Source of the DNA: Pachysolen tannophilus NRRL Y-2460
Lineage: Eukaryota
Length of the DNA: 64,000 nucleotides
Direction: 5' to 3'
Assembly (NCBI GenBank): GCA_001661245.1
Contig: KV454011.1
Location: 828,956-892,955 of the forward strand
Both the position numbers and the translations under genes were made by a program. The number at the start of each line of letters is the position of its first letter. Position 1 is the stretch's first letter. This document shows positions 45,400 through 56,199 of the stretch, piece after piece. Under the pieces are notes generated by a model, which was not told where the DNA came from, made no database searches, and saw only the letters and a list, made by a program, of their open reading frames with translations.

Positions 45400-45792
45400 T
45401 AACCTTTATGTATTATTATTATTCAAATTAAAAAAAAAAAGAATTATAAACCTTATTAGGAATTTAATAGAATACTTTTTGATTTAATTGCTAAATGTTG
45501 ATTTTCTATGTTTTTGTAGTCCTTTCCATTATCCTGATAGAACAGGAAAGATTATTCTTGCAGCAAGTAAAACAGGTATAGGCTTTACATGCTCCGATAC
45601 CTTCTAGAAGAGCAAGTTTAACAAGCAAGGGTTAAACATCACTCAATAATATAACTATATAGATATATAAATATATAAATATATCAATATATAAATAAAT
45701 GGTCAGGACCCTGAAAATCGTCATACCTTATCGTATTAAATCAATAGAGACATACTAGTAGATCAGTATTTTTTTTACAAAAAAAAAAAAAA

Positions 45793-46476
45793 AAGAGTTT
45801 AACAAAAGTTGCAATTATTGGAGCTAATGGTAAGGTCGGTAGATTGCTAACTACAAAGTTGAAAAGTTTGAAAACTGAATTTGAGCCATTAGCAATTGTA
45901 AGAAATGACTCCCAAGCATCTCATTTTGAGAAATTGGGGATCAATTGTACAGTTATAAGTCTTGAAGATACTGTTGAAAATTTGTCAAAGGCTCTCAAAG
46001 GTTGTAATGCAGTAGTATTCACTGCTGGTGCTGGAGGCGGAAGTTTGGAAAGAACATTCAGTATTGACCTCGATGGTGCTGTCAAGATTATTGAAGTTTG
46101 TCAGAAAAATAAAATTGAACGGTTTATCATGGTTAGCGCCATTAGAGCAGATGAAAGAGATTTTTGGTATAATTCATCGTTGAGATCATATTACATTGCT
46201 AAAAAATACGCTGATAGTGAGTTGCGGAAATCTGGTTTGAAATATACGATATTGCAACCTGGTTATTTAAAAGATGGTAAAGGTTCAGGAAAAGTTGCAG
46301 AGATACAAAAAGCTCTTTCTGCTGAAAAATTTGAGGACACTCAGTTTATTTACAGAGACGATGTTGCTCAAGCCATTGTACTGAGCTTAAAGAATAATAG
46401 GACCATTGGTAAGACAATTCCACTTATCAATGGTGATATCCCAATTGATGAATTCTTGGACACTATAGTTGTCTAA
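45793..46476 (+). CDS. NAD(P)H-binding atypical SDR (YMR090W-like); start codon anomalous
   Basis: Frame extends to SLTKVAIIGANGKVGRL; VVFTAGAGG, YYIAKKYAD, TILQPG, RDDVA motifs. Confidence 0.85.
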   Translation, partial: KSLTKVAIIGANGKVGRLLTTKLKSLKTEFEPLAIVRNDSQASHFEKLGINCTVISLEDTVENLSKALKGCNAVVFTAGAGGGSLERTFSIDLDGAVKIIEVCQKNKIERFIMVSAIRADERDFWYNSSLRSYYIAKKYADSELRKSGLKYTILQPGYLKDGKGSGKVAEIQKALSAEKFEDTQFIYRDDVAQAIVLSLKNNRTIGKTIPLINGDIPIDEFLDTIVV

Positions 46477-46656
46477 ATTCGTATATCAGTTTGAAATTTG
46501 AAACTATTTTGCATTTTAAGTATATTAGCTTTTCCTTTATACAACATTTATTGAACTATTTAAAAAAAAAAAAAATAAAAATTATGTCAATAAAATAGAA
46601 TGAAATGTAGATCATCTTTCTTTTTATTTTTTTTTCTTTTTTGTATTTATATATAA

Positions 46657-47367
46657 ATGCCTCTGACTAAACCTTTTAAGGTTTCTAAACCTGTGAAAAA
46701 AGCTAATAGCTCTTCTGGTTCTGGTAATGATGCTTCTAAGAGTATAACGTCGTTAAAAATTGATGAAATTAGTCAAACGAAACCGATTCCTAAAAAAAGT
46801 GCTGCATATGAATCGGATCCAAATACAAATCAACGGTACTGGTTAATCAAATCCGAGCCACTTTCAAGAATAGACCCAAAAACTGGTAAAGATGTTGCAT
46901 TCCCATTATCTTCGTTACTTAAATTAGATAAAGAACTGTGGGATGGTGTTAGAAATTTTGAAGCTAGAAATAATATGTTAAATATGGCCAAAGGTGATAT
47001 ATGTCTTTTTTACCATTCCAATTGTCCTACACCAGGAATTGTTGGTCTCGTAGAAGTTGTATGTGAAGCTCATCTGGATTTATTACAATTTGACCCAAAA
47101 AGCAATTATTTTGACTCAAAGAGTACAATAGATAATCCAAAGTGGTGGTGTATCGATGTTTCTTTCAAAAGAAGATTTAGGCATAAAGTATCTTTAGAAA
47201 AAATTAAAAGTAACCTGAAATTATCAGAATTCATGTTGGTGAAAAGAGGAAGGTTAAGTGTTATCCCCGTCAGAGTTGAAGAATTCAAAGAAATATTAAA
47301 GATGGAATCTGATGGTGATATAGAAGAAGATATTGATTGTGAAATAGATAAAAAGTTTATTAAATAA
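46657..47367 (+). CDS. EVE-domain protein (THYN1-like)
   Basis: YWLIKSEP, WDGVRN, FYHSNC, RLSV motifs. Confidence 0.92.
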   Translation: MPLTKPFKVSKPVKKANSSSGSGNDASKSITSLKIDEISQTKPIPKKSAAYESDPNTNQRYWLIKSEPLSRIDPKTGKDVAFPLSSLLKLDKELWDGVRNFEARNNMLNMAKGDICLFYHSNCPTPGIVGLVEVVCEAHLDLLQFDPKSNYFDSKSTIDNPKWWCIDVSFKRRFRHKVSLEKIKSNLKLSEFMLVKRGRLSVIPVRVEEFKEILKMESDGDIEEDIDCEIDKKFIK

Positions 47368-47729
47368 GTTTGGGCAGCTTTCTTTTCCCTATTAGGAAGT
47401 TCGTCAGATTTCGCTCTACTTTCAATATTTTTGCTATATTATTATTATCTTTAGTACCCATTTATACCGCTTGTAATGACTGAATTATTTTAAATGGTTT
47501 TCATTAGAGCTACAAATATTGATTTCTTCTTCGATATGCAAATAAATTGATATGATTGTAGTAAGTATATAAGTAATGGAATATATACGAAAAAAAATAT
47601 TGTAAAAAAATGAGATTTAAAAAGAATGAAAAAAAAAATGCAGAACAACGTCAAAACCTGAAAAAAAAAGCCCATTAGACACACTGTAAAAAAAAATTGT
47701 TAAATAATAAAAATGGAAAAATGAAAAGT

Positions 47730-48446
47730 TTAATTACCAAAAAATTGGTGTTTAATTTTTTCCTTTGTCTTATAGAGTAAGGACGAAGTATCAGTAATAC
47801 CTGTTTTTAAAGATTCTCCAACTTCGCTTATAGCCACACTAGCCTTATCGGAATAGCCATCTATAATCTTTCCACTCAGTTTGAGTTTTTCTGAATACTC
47901 ATCGATTAATTTCCCACTTTTATTTAAATTCTCACTAAATATTTTCAATACAGATTCAAATCCTTGTTTCCCTAATTTAGCATTCGAATCAAATCTTTCA
48001 ATCGACCATTCTTCAATCTTATCAGTAAGTCTTTGAAAAGTGGAATAAGCTTTTATCTCAGCACATTGCTCAAATGTGGTCTTGCTGAATGGAGACTCAT
48101 TATCCGGTACATACTTGACAACTTCATAAACAGATAATATATTGTTCATGGTCATATTACAAGACCTCATTGTTAAAGTTTGGTTCACCGGATCAACCTC
48201 ACTAACCTCTCTCACATAAGACCTTATTTGTCCTCCCACCATAAGAGCAATCCATTTTGGAATTTTCTGCTCACAAGTAATCAATCTCTCAGATCTTAAG
48301 ATTCCTGTAATTGGATGAACTTCTCTTCTCAAGACATCTACAGCCACAACATGAGTAGATTTTTCATTAGGATATTTTCTCCAGTTAGCAGCCGTAACCT
48401 GACTCCACGGATAATTAAAAGAGCAACTAGATTCAAATAACTTCAT
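47730..48446 (-). CDS. UPS2: PRELI/MSF1 mitochondrial lipid transfer protein
   Basis: VTAANWRKYPN, THVVAVDVL, SYVREVSEVDP. Confidence 0.9.
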   Translation of the reverse strand: MKLFESSCSFNYPWSQVTAANWRKYPNEKSTHVVAVDVLRREVHPITGILRSERLITCEQKIPKWIALMVGGQIRSYVREVSEVDPVNQTLTMRSCNMTMNNILSVYEVVKYVPDNESPFSKTTFEQCAEIKAYSTFQRLTDKIEEWSIERFDSNAKLGKQGFESVLKIFSENLNKSGKLIDEYSEKLKLSGKIIDGYSDKASVAISEVGESLKTGITDTSSLLYKTKEKIKHQFFGN

Positions 48447-48915
48447 GGCTAAAACAACTATTTTTTCCTTTTTTCAACCTAAAATCTAACCCAATCACTT
48501 TTTTTTTGAAATTGAAATAAATTAAAATAAAGAGAAATGAAAAAAAAAAAAAAAAAGGTAAAATAAAATTTATTTCTTTCTTTTTTTTTTCCACTGAAAT
48601 CTTATCTCTCTCTTTCTCTCTCTTTATTTTCCGTGTGGAAAAAAGAGAAATTTTCGGAAAAATTCTTTATGTCCTGAACGGTGATTTTTGTAGTGTTGTA
48701 CACTATGTTGAGAATTTGGGACATAAAGTGTCGAAGAGTTATTGGGCTATTTAGCTTTTATTAGACTTCAAATTGAAAATTGAAAAAAGGTGGGTAGAAT
48801 ATATATTAGATACCTAAGAGGCGAGTTGTGTGTTAGTATTGGAAGGCTTAAGGTAATTTAATTTAATTTTTAAAAGAGATCAAATAAAAAAAAAGTTTTA
48901 TTTACAGTTGTGACT

Positions 48916-49806
48916 ATGCAGACGCATCCAACTATTAAAGATGGATGGTTTAGAGAAATATCAGAGACTTCATTTCCTGGCCAAGCATTTTGTTTAAAAG
49001 TTAAGAGAATTCTTCATAGTGAAAAATCTGAATTTCAAGACATTTTAGTGTTTGAATCGGAAAGTTATGGAAATGTGTTGGTATTAGATGGGATTGTTCA
49101 ATGTACTGAAAGAGATGAGTTTGCATATCAAGAATTAATTTCACATATACCATTATTTTCACATCCTAATCCAAAGAGGATCTTGGTTATTGGTGGAGGT
49201 GATGGGGGTGTCTTGAGAGAAGTTGTTAAACATGGAGATACTATTGAAAGTGTGACTTTAGTGGAAATTGATGAAACTGTTATAAAATTAAGTAAAAAAT
49301 ATTTACCAAATATGGCAAAAGGTTTTGATCATGAAAAAGTTAAAGTAGTATTAGATGATGGGTTTAAATTTTTGAAAAAAGTTCTGCAAGAAAATAATGG
49401 GAAATATGATATAATTATTACTGATTCTTCTGATCCAGAAGGTCCAGCAGAAGCATTTTTCAGGAAAAATTATTTTGAATTAATGTATAATGCATTGAAT
49501 GATGATGGTATAGTTATCACTCAAGCTTCAGAAAATTGTTGGTTAAACGTTGATAAATTGAAAGATTTGAAAAAAATATGTAAACAAGTTTTCCCAATTG
49601 TTGAATATGGATACGTTACTATACCTTCATATACATCGGGACAGTTGGGATTGATGTGTTGTAGTAAAAAATTACAAATTACAGAACCAATTAGAAAATT
49701 GTCTACACTGGAAGAAAGTAAATTATTTAAATATTACAATAGTGAGATACATAAAGCAAGTTTTATACATCCAACATGGGCCAAAAAACTTATTGATGGA
49801 AATTAG
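48916..49806 (+). CDS. SPE4: Spermine synthase (aminopropyltransferase)
   Basis: [34 protein letters not shown] are Spe4-like; next to RMP1 and ACF2 as YLR144C-146C. Confidence 0.85.
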   Translation: MQTHPTIKDGWFREISETSFPGQAFCLKVKRILHSEKSEFQDILVFESESYGNVLVLDGIVQCTERDEFAYQELISHIPLFSHPNPKRILVIGGGDGGVLREVVKHGDTIESVTLVEIDETVIKLSKKYLPNMAKGFDHEKVKVVLDDGFKFLKKVLQENNGKYDIIITDSSDPEGPAEAFFRKNYFELMYNALNDDGIVITQASENCWLNVDKLKDLKKICKQVFPIVEYGYVTIPSYTSGQLGLMCCSKKLQITEPIRKLSTLEESKLFKYYNSEIHKASFIHPTWAKKLIDGN

Positions 49807-49837
49807 AAATTAGAAATTAGAAATTAGAAATTAGAAA
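49801..49837. repeat. (AATTAGA)5 tandem repeat
   Basis: Seen directly; starts on the SPE4 stop codon. Confidence 0.9.
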
Positions 49838-49853
49838 GAAATAAATAAAGTTT

Positions 49854-50516
49854 TTATCCAAATATATCATCAATTACACTTCTCTTTTTCTGTTTCGTAG
49901 TCTTATCTTTTTTCTTCTTTTTCTGTTTCTTTTTTTCTGTCTTGTTCTTTCCAAACACTTCATCTATAAAATCCATGCCTTTTTCTTGCTCCATCACCAT
50001 CTTCTCTAATTTATTTATATCATTATCATTATTATCATTATCATCGATTTCAAATTTCGTTGCTACTATTTCTTCACCTATATCTTGCCTATTAACGGCA
50101 AAATCAAGAATTTCCTGCCTTATTCCAATTTTTGAAATGTTTTCCTTAGAATTATCTTTCACTTCTATTAATATGCCATATATTTTACTCAAACACCCAA
50201 TCAAGGCAAAACCTGAAGTTATAAATTGACCTAAATTCAAAATCGAGTAAAATGCAGAATATGAATCCGGTATTATATATCTAAGCAAATATTTCACTAT
50301 TCCCAATTGTCTTTCCTTTAAATTTTTACCTCTAGTTTTTGGCAATAACAACAACAACAACTTCCTCAAATACCTTACCAAGATATTTAAATATTTAAAC
50401 CATTTAGAAGACTTGTGTTGATTCTTATTTCTATGATAAAGCAAAAATAATATCTCGTACTCATTAGTTAGACTCTTTATCTGGACATCAGAAAATATCG
50501 GTCCTTCCAAACTCAT
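49854..50516 (-). CDS. RMP1: RNase MRP subunit Rmp1
   Basis: LYHRNKNQH..KW and LGQFITSG motifs; Lys-rich tail ending IDDIFG. Confidence 0.88.
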   Translation of the reverse strand: MSLEGPIFSDVQIKSLTNEYEILFLLYHRNKNQHKSSKWFKYLNILVRYLRKLLLLLLPKTRGKNLKERQLGIVKYLLRYIIPDSYSAFYSILNLGQFITSGFALIGCLSKIYGILIEVKDNSKENISKIGIRQEILDFAVNRQDIGEEIVATKFEIDDNDNNDNDINKLEKMVMEQEKGMDFIDEVFGKNKTEKKKQKKKKKDKTTKQKKRSVIDDIFG

Positions 50517-50855
50517 ATTCTAAAAAAATCTCAACACAGGAGCAACGATATCCCTCTGTTACTTCAAACACTTTTATTAATCAAAGTTCAACCAATTCAT
50601 GATCATGGTCTTAAAACTTATCATAGTCTTCTTCTTCGCAAAATGTGATGGCATAAGCGCACTTTTTCCATTTTTCTACGTTAAAAGCGCACAGCGTTTG
50701 CTTCCGCTTTTAAATATTTTGCATGCGCACTTTTCTCTTAATATTCTTGGTATTTTGTGCATAGAGTGTGGATTCAATTAGCAGTTTCTCTTTAGTTTGG
50801 GGTTGAGTTTTCATTAGTCTATTGAAATCGATTGAATGGATTGAAGAATTTAATC

Positions 50856-53273
50856 ATGGGCCTTGTGCATAAGTTGGCTGATAAGATTGAGAGTAAGACT
50901 CATAAGGGTGGCAGTAGGGGTGGAAGTGCTGGTGTTGATGGTACCGGATCTGCTCTTGGGAATTCGAATGCACATCAGGTGAAAGCTCAAACGCAAACGG
51001 AAACGCAAACGCAAACGCATGGAAAACTGGGCTATTCTTATAGCAGACCACCAATGCCATTACCAGTACCGCAAAGGCCAAATAATGGTATTGGTCTGGA
51101 TGATATTTTTTTTACTCCAGTCTCGGATCTGGATCCTTCATTATTTTTCCAATCAGCAAATCATCCACTTTCCCTTCCGCATGGAATTTATAACGATTTT
51201 TTTAAGAAAGATAGATGCTCATCGCCAATTGAAACAAATTCATTTTATGGAAACCTTTTGGTTGACAATCAAACCGCACCTGTATGGACGCATCCTTACT
51301 CTATGTGGTATACTGCAAATAGAGAAGATGAGCAGCAGTTTTTTGGATGGGCAATATCTCATGTAACGAGTGATCAAAGAGTATTTGGACCAAATCCAAA
51401 TGATGATCGTATCCAGTATTATTTCAATCCAGCTGGCATCAAGAGTTTTGTCTTTACCGCGCAAGAGTTTAATGACAAGAGAAATGTTGTATTAGAAATT
51501 GATAGTTGTGAAAAATTTAGTACCAATATTTACCTATCTCCAAAGAATAGTAATTCTTTTCTTAAATTCCCGTTGGTACAAGGTATGGGATTTATAACTG
51601 GTATTTACTTTGATTTAATTCCAAAATTACAATCGGGTATTGGTATCCAAAATTTTGAATTAGACCATACTTTTAAGAGTGCTAATAACGGTATGATTCA
51701 AAAAAAGTATAAAATTAAGTTATTTAATAATATTATATGGACATTATACGTTACATCAACTGAAGATTTCAAATTAGAACTACAAGACCCTCAAAACATT
51801 GTTAGTGCAAATATTGTTAGGAAGTGTATTATACAGCTTGCATCTGGCTCAAATGAAGCTTACGATAAAGCTGCTGGTTGCTATCCAACAGCTTGTAAAC
51901 TTTCTGCAAAAATTGAAAATCATGGGAGTAAAGCAAGTTATGCATTCAATTATACAATTGAGGGAAAAGATAATAGCTTTGCAAATACAACTCTAATGTA
52001 TGCTTTACCTCATCATCAGCAAAGTTTCCTGTCTTCAATGAATAGTAGAAGAACTGATTTACAATTGGATTCAACAGTATGTGGCAAGATGAGTGGCTAT
52101 CTTACAAATGAATTTTTAATGGAAGAAAATTTACCACTGAAGATTAATATGGATCCATGGATTGATTATGCCAATTTCCATGGAAATAATTATACTCCTC
52201 AGCTGTTAGAATCTATTAAAAGGGCAATTTCTACTGAATTTAACGATGATGTTGTAAATATTTCTAATACCGATTCGATGTACTCTTCGGGGAAAATCCT
52301 AGACAAATATGCTTACATATTATATGTCATTGCCTATGTCTTAAAAGACAAGGAACTTCTGTTGAGATTTCTGGATAAATTGGAAACTGCCATAAATAGA
52401 TTTACCACAAATCAACAACAATGTCCTTTGGTGTTTGATCAGACTTGGAAAGGTATAGTCTCATCTGCTGGTTTAGATGGAAACATTTTCAAAGATTTTG
52501 GTAACACTCATTACAATGATCATCATTTTCATTATGGTTACCATATTCATTCTTGTGCAATTTTAGCCAAGTTCGATAAGGAATTTAAAAACGGTGAATT
52601 TTTAAGAAGAAACAAAGAATGGGTGAATTTTCTTATCAGAGATGTTGCCAACCCTCGTAAAGATAATTTTTTCCCAGAATCAAGATCTTTTGATTGGTTT
52701 AATGGACATTCTTGGGCAAAAGGGATGTTTCCATCATTTGATGGTAAAGATGAAGAAAGTTCTTCGGAAGACTACAATTTTGCTTATGCTTTGAAAATTT
52801 GGGGGAATGTTGTAGGTGATAAAAATATTGAATCAAGGGGTAATTTGATGCTTGCAATTATGAAACGATCAATGAATAATTACATGCTATATAAAGATGA
52901 TAATACGGTCGAGCCTTCAAAGATCATAAAGAACAAAGTAAGCGGTATCATGTTCGAAAACAAGATTGATCATGCAACCTATTTTGGTACAAACTTGGAA
53001 TACATTCAAGGAATACACATGCTACCTATAACACCTATTTCATCCTACATTAGATCTCCCCAGTTTGTTAAAGAAGAATGGGAACAATTATTGAAAAATC
53101 ATGTCTTGACACTTGATGACGGTTGGAAAGGTATATTGATGTTAAATTTAGCCCTATACGACCCACATAGCGCATGGAACTTCTTCAACGATAGCAGATT
53201 CCAAATGAAGTGGTTGGATAACGGTATGAGTTTGACTTGGTGTTTGGCATTTTGTGCTGGAGTGAGTCAATGA
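50856..53273 (+). CDS. ACF2: GH81 endo-1,3-beta-glucanase (cytoplasmic type)
   Basis: YNDHHFHYGY, GHSWAKG, DEESSSED; no signal peptide; first ATG 50856. Confidence 0.9.
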   Translation: MGLVHKLADKIESKTHKGGSRGGSAGVDGTGSALGNSNAHQVKAQTQTETQTQTHGKLGYSYSRPPMPLPVPQRPNNGIGLDDIFFTPVSDLDPSLFFQSANHPLSLPHGIYNDFFKKDRCSSPIETNSFYGNLLVDNQTAPVWTHPYSMWYTANREDEQQFFGWAISHVTSDQRVFGPNPNDDRIQYYFNPAGIKSFVFTAQEFNDKRNVVLEIDSCEKFSTNIYLSPKNSNSFLKFPLVQGMGFITGIYFDLIPKLQSGIGIQNFELDHTFKSANNGMIQKKYKIKLFNNIIWTLYVTSTEDFKLELQDPQNIVSANIVRKCIIQLASGSNEAYDKAAGCYPTACKLSAKIENHGSKASYAFNYTIEGKDNSFANTTLMYALPHHQQSFLSSMNSRRTDLQLDSTVCGKMSGYLTNEFLMEENLPLKINMDPWIDYANFHGNNYTPQLLESIKRAISTEFNDDVVNISNTDSMYSSGKILDKYAYILYVIAYVLKDKELLLRFLDKLETAINRFTTNQQQCPLVFDQTWKGIVSSAGLDGNIFKDFGNTHYNDHHFHYGYHIHSCAILAKFDKEFKNGEFLRRNKEWVNFLIRDVANPRKDNFFPESRSFDWFNGHSWAKGMFPSFDGKDEESSSEDYNFAYALKIWGNVVGDKNIESRGNLMLAIMKRSMNNYMLYKDDNTVEPSKIIKNKVSGIMFENKIDHATYFGTNLEYIQGIHMLPITPISSYIRSPQFVKEEWEQLLKNHVLTLDDGWKGILMLNLALYDPHSAWNFFNDSRFQMKWLDNGMSLTWCLAFCAGVSQ

Positions 53274-53472
53274 GAGCATCACGACAGTCGTGTTCAAACC
53301 TCCTAAAACAAGAAGCTGCATCATCTCGCAGAACACCGTAAAGACGATAAAGAAGAGAATGGAGAAATCGATATAGATAGACCAAAACGTCTTAAATATA
53401 TATATAGATATATATATAGTTGAAATTTGTCATTTTTATTGTTTCTTCTGAGTAATCAAGCTTTATGACAAT

Positions 53473-53994
53473 ATGTCTATTAATCTTCAGCCAGGTGACA
53501 GGTTTCCTTTGAATGTGAAATTTAACTACATTCCTTTCGAACCAAACTCGCAATCATGCAGACAACCAATTAAATTCAATTGCGATGAACAATTCAAGGG
53601 AAAAAAAGTAATAATTGTTTCAATTCCGGCCGCTTTTTCTCCGACATGTTCAGAGAATCATATCCCACCTTTTATCGAAAGGCTTCCACATTTTCTCTCC
53701 AAGGGAATTGATCTTATTGTTGTGCTATCTGCAAATGATCCATTCGTAATGAACGCATTTGCTCATCACTTGGGTGTTAAGAATAATAAGATTGTTTTCG
53801 TCAATGATCCTAGTGCCTGTTTTTCCAAAAGTATTGGTTTTCACATCGAAGATAGTGGTAATTCCAATGGGATGGGTATTCGTAGTGGGAGGTATGCCAT
53901 AATAATTGATAATTTAATTGTTAGATATTGTAGCATGGAAATTAAAAGAACTGTCAACGTCAGTAGCGCAGATACTCTCCTCTCAAAACTTTGA
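53473..53994 (+). CDS. Prx5-type peroxiredoxin (Ahp1/Pmp20 family) with PTS1
   Basis: PAAFSPTCS, NDPFVM, RYA motifs; C-terminal SKL. Confidence 0.9.
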   Translation: MSINLQPGDRFPLNVKFNYIPFEPNSQSCRQPIKFNCDEQFKGKKVIIVSIPAAFSPTCSENHIPPFIERLPHFLSKGIDLIVVLSANDPFVMNAFAHHLGVKNNKIVFVNDPSACFSKSIGFHIEDSGNSNGMGIRSGRYAIIIDNLIVRYCSMEIKRTVNVSSADTLLSKL

Positions 53995-54247
53995 AAACAA
54001 AAAATCATCGTAGAATCCTATCTGGTCTATTTCAATCCGATCCGATTGCAAAAATTATCATTAATTGTTGATTATACTTTGGGTCGGAGATAACTTGGTA
54101 ATACGGCAAAACTCCGTTTATAAATTATTTTTTTTTTTTTGTTTAGTAATAGATAAAGTATTTTGGTTGTATTTAATTGAGTTTGATTTATTCTTTTAAA
54201 ATTTTGATACAATTGATTTTAAAGAAGATTCAATTGAAAAAGAGAAT

Positions 54248-55300
54248 ATGTCGAATAACGATAACGTTGTTCCTTTAGATTTTTATAGAAATTTAGGTAA
54301 TTCAGGTTTAAAAATTTCTAAAATCATTGTTGGCTGCATGTCATATGGTGATAAACTGTGGGCAGATTGGGTTCTTGATGATGAAGAGAAAATTTTCCGT
54401 ATTATGAAAAAATGCTATGATAATGGTATAAGGACATTTGATACTGCGAATGTTTATTCCAATGGTAAAAGTGAAGAGATTTTAAGGAAATTTATTGAAA
54501 AATATAAAATTAAGAGAAGTAAAATTGTTATTCTTTCTAAATGTTATTTTCCAGTAGATCCATATTCACCAGATTTTTATTCTCCTGAAAGGGAAAAAAC
54601 TCCTGCTTATGAGTATATTAATTTACAAGGTCTTTCAAGAAAACATATTTTTGATGCTGTGGAAGATTCTGTTAAAAGATTAGGTACATATATGGATGTT
54701 TTACAAATCCATAGGTTGGATAAATCAACACCACCTGAAGAGATTATGAAATCATTAAACGATGTTGTTGAGAAAGGTTATACGAGGTATATTGGTGCTT
54801 CATCGATGAAAGCATATGAATTTGCAAATTTACAATTTATTGCTGAAAAAAATCATTGGCATAAATTTATTTCAATGCAAAATTATTATAATTTAATATA
54901 TCGTGAAGAAGAACGAGAAATGATTCCTTATTGTAATGAATTTAATGTTGGTTTAATTCCGTGGTCTCCAAATGCTCGTGGATTATTGACCAGACCATTA
55001 AGCTCTAATAGTGATCGAACTAAATCTGACAAGAGCATGACACGTCTAAATTTAGATAAAATTGAAAATGATGCTGACGTTGAAATTATTAAAAGAGTTG
55101 AAGAATTATCAAAAAGGAAAAATGTCTCAATGGCAGCTATAGCCACAGCATGGGTTATTAACAAAGGTCAAACCCCAATTGTTGGTATCAATAAAGAAGA
55201 AAGAATCGATGATTTGCTTATCGCTGCTAAGCTACAGTTGACAAAGGAAGAATTACAATATCTTGAAGAACCTTATGCACCAAAACTGCTGCTTTTTTGA
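54248..55300 (+). CDS. Aldo-keto reductase (aryl-alcohol dehydrogenase/YPL088W-like)
   Basis: LGNSGLKIS, FDTANVYSNG, QIHRLD, YIGASS, PWSP. Confidence 0.92.
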   Translation: MSNNDNVVPLDFYRNLGNSGLKISKIIVGCMSYGDKLWADWVLDDEEKIFRIMKKCYDNGIRTFDTANVYSNGKSEEILRKFIEKYKIKRSKIVILSKCYFPVDPYSPDFYSPEREKTPAYEYINLQGLSRKHIFDAVEDSVKRLGTYMDVLQIHRLDKSTPPEEIMKSLNDVVEKGYTRYIGASSMKAYEFANLQFIAEKNHWHKFISMQNYYNLIYREEEREMIPYCNEFNVGLIPWSPNARGLLTRPLSSNSDRTKSDKSMTRLNLDKIENDADVEIIKRVEELSKRKNVSMAAIATAWVINKGQTPIVGINKEERIDDLLIAAKLQLTKEELQYLEEPYAPKLLLF

Positions 55301-55422
55301 AAAATTATTAACTATTTTAGTCTCTTTTTTTTTATTTAGTTTGCCTTTAAATAAATTTAAAATAAAAGAACTCATTTTCTTTGCATGTTTTAAGTAGATA
55401 GATAAGACAAAGATAGCTGCAC

Positions 55423-55424
<2 letters not shown>

Positions 55425-55454
<30 letters not shown>
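55425..55454. repeat. (CT)15 microsatellite followed by a pyrimidine-rich tract
   Basis: Seen directly. Confidence 0.9.
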
Positions 55455-55458
<4 letters not shown>

Positions 55459-55582
55459 ATCTTTCTATCTATCTCTCTTTATCTTTCTGCCGCTCTCCGG
55501 GCCCCGTTGCTCTCCGCCCTTTGCCTTTCTTTCCGCCCATTCTCATCTAGATGGCCGAACTAAAAAAAAAAAAGTACGTTCG

Positions 55583-55899
55583 NNNNNNNNNNNNNNNNNN
55601 NNNNNNNNNNNNNNNNNNNNNNNNNNNNNNNNNNNNNNNNNNNNNNNNNNNNNNNNNNNNNNNNNNNNNNNNNNNNNNNNNNNNNNNNNNNNNNNNNNNN
55701 NNNNNNNNNNNNNNNNNNNNNNNNNNNNNNNNNNNNNNNNNNNNNNNNNNNNNNNNNNNNNNNNNNNNNNNNNNNNNNNNNNNNNNNNNNNNNNNNNNNN
55801 NNNNNNNNNNNNNNNNNNNNNNNNNNNNNNNNNNNNNNNNNNNNNNNNNNNNNNNNNNNNNNNNNNNNNNNNNNNNNNNNNNNNNNNNNNNNNNNNNNN
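55583..55899. other. Assembly gap (317 N)
   Basis: Run of N. Confidence 1.
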
Positions 55900-56199
55900 A
55901 AAAAAAAAAAAAAACAAGTCGTTCGTCTAAAATCAAAAGCTTGATCTTAAACGATATTAGTCAAATAAAATAAAAAAAAAAAAAAAATTAACAAAAGATC
56001 GATCGCATGTGATACCACTAATATAACTTATTTTAATTAAGGTCAGTTTTTTTTTCTCTTTTTCTTTTTCTTTTTTATTTTTCTTTTTTTAAATTATAAT
56101 TTAATACACCAAAACATAATGAATACAACCTATAATAATAAACAATAATAGTAATATAGAAATAAATTATTTATTTGGAAGTGTTGTTATTATTTTTAA

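Noticed and set aside
48853..48907. Possible 5' UTR intron of SPE4 (GTAATT...TTTACAG)
   Set aside because: No recognisable branchpoint
49801..49837. Tandem repeat as a CRISPR or telomeric element
   Set aside because: Simple 7-mer slippage repeat with no spacers in a eukaryotic 3' UTR
55543..55973. Three ORFs spanning the N run
   Set aside because: Artefacts of the assembly gap
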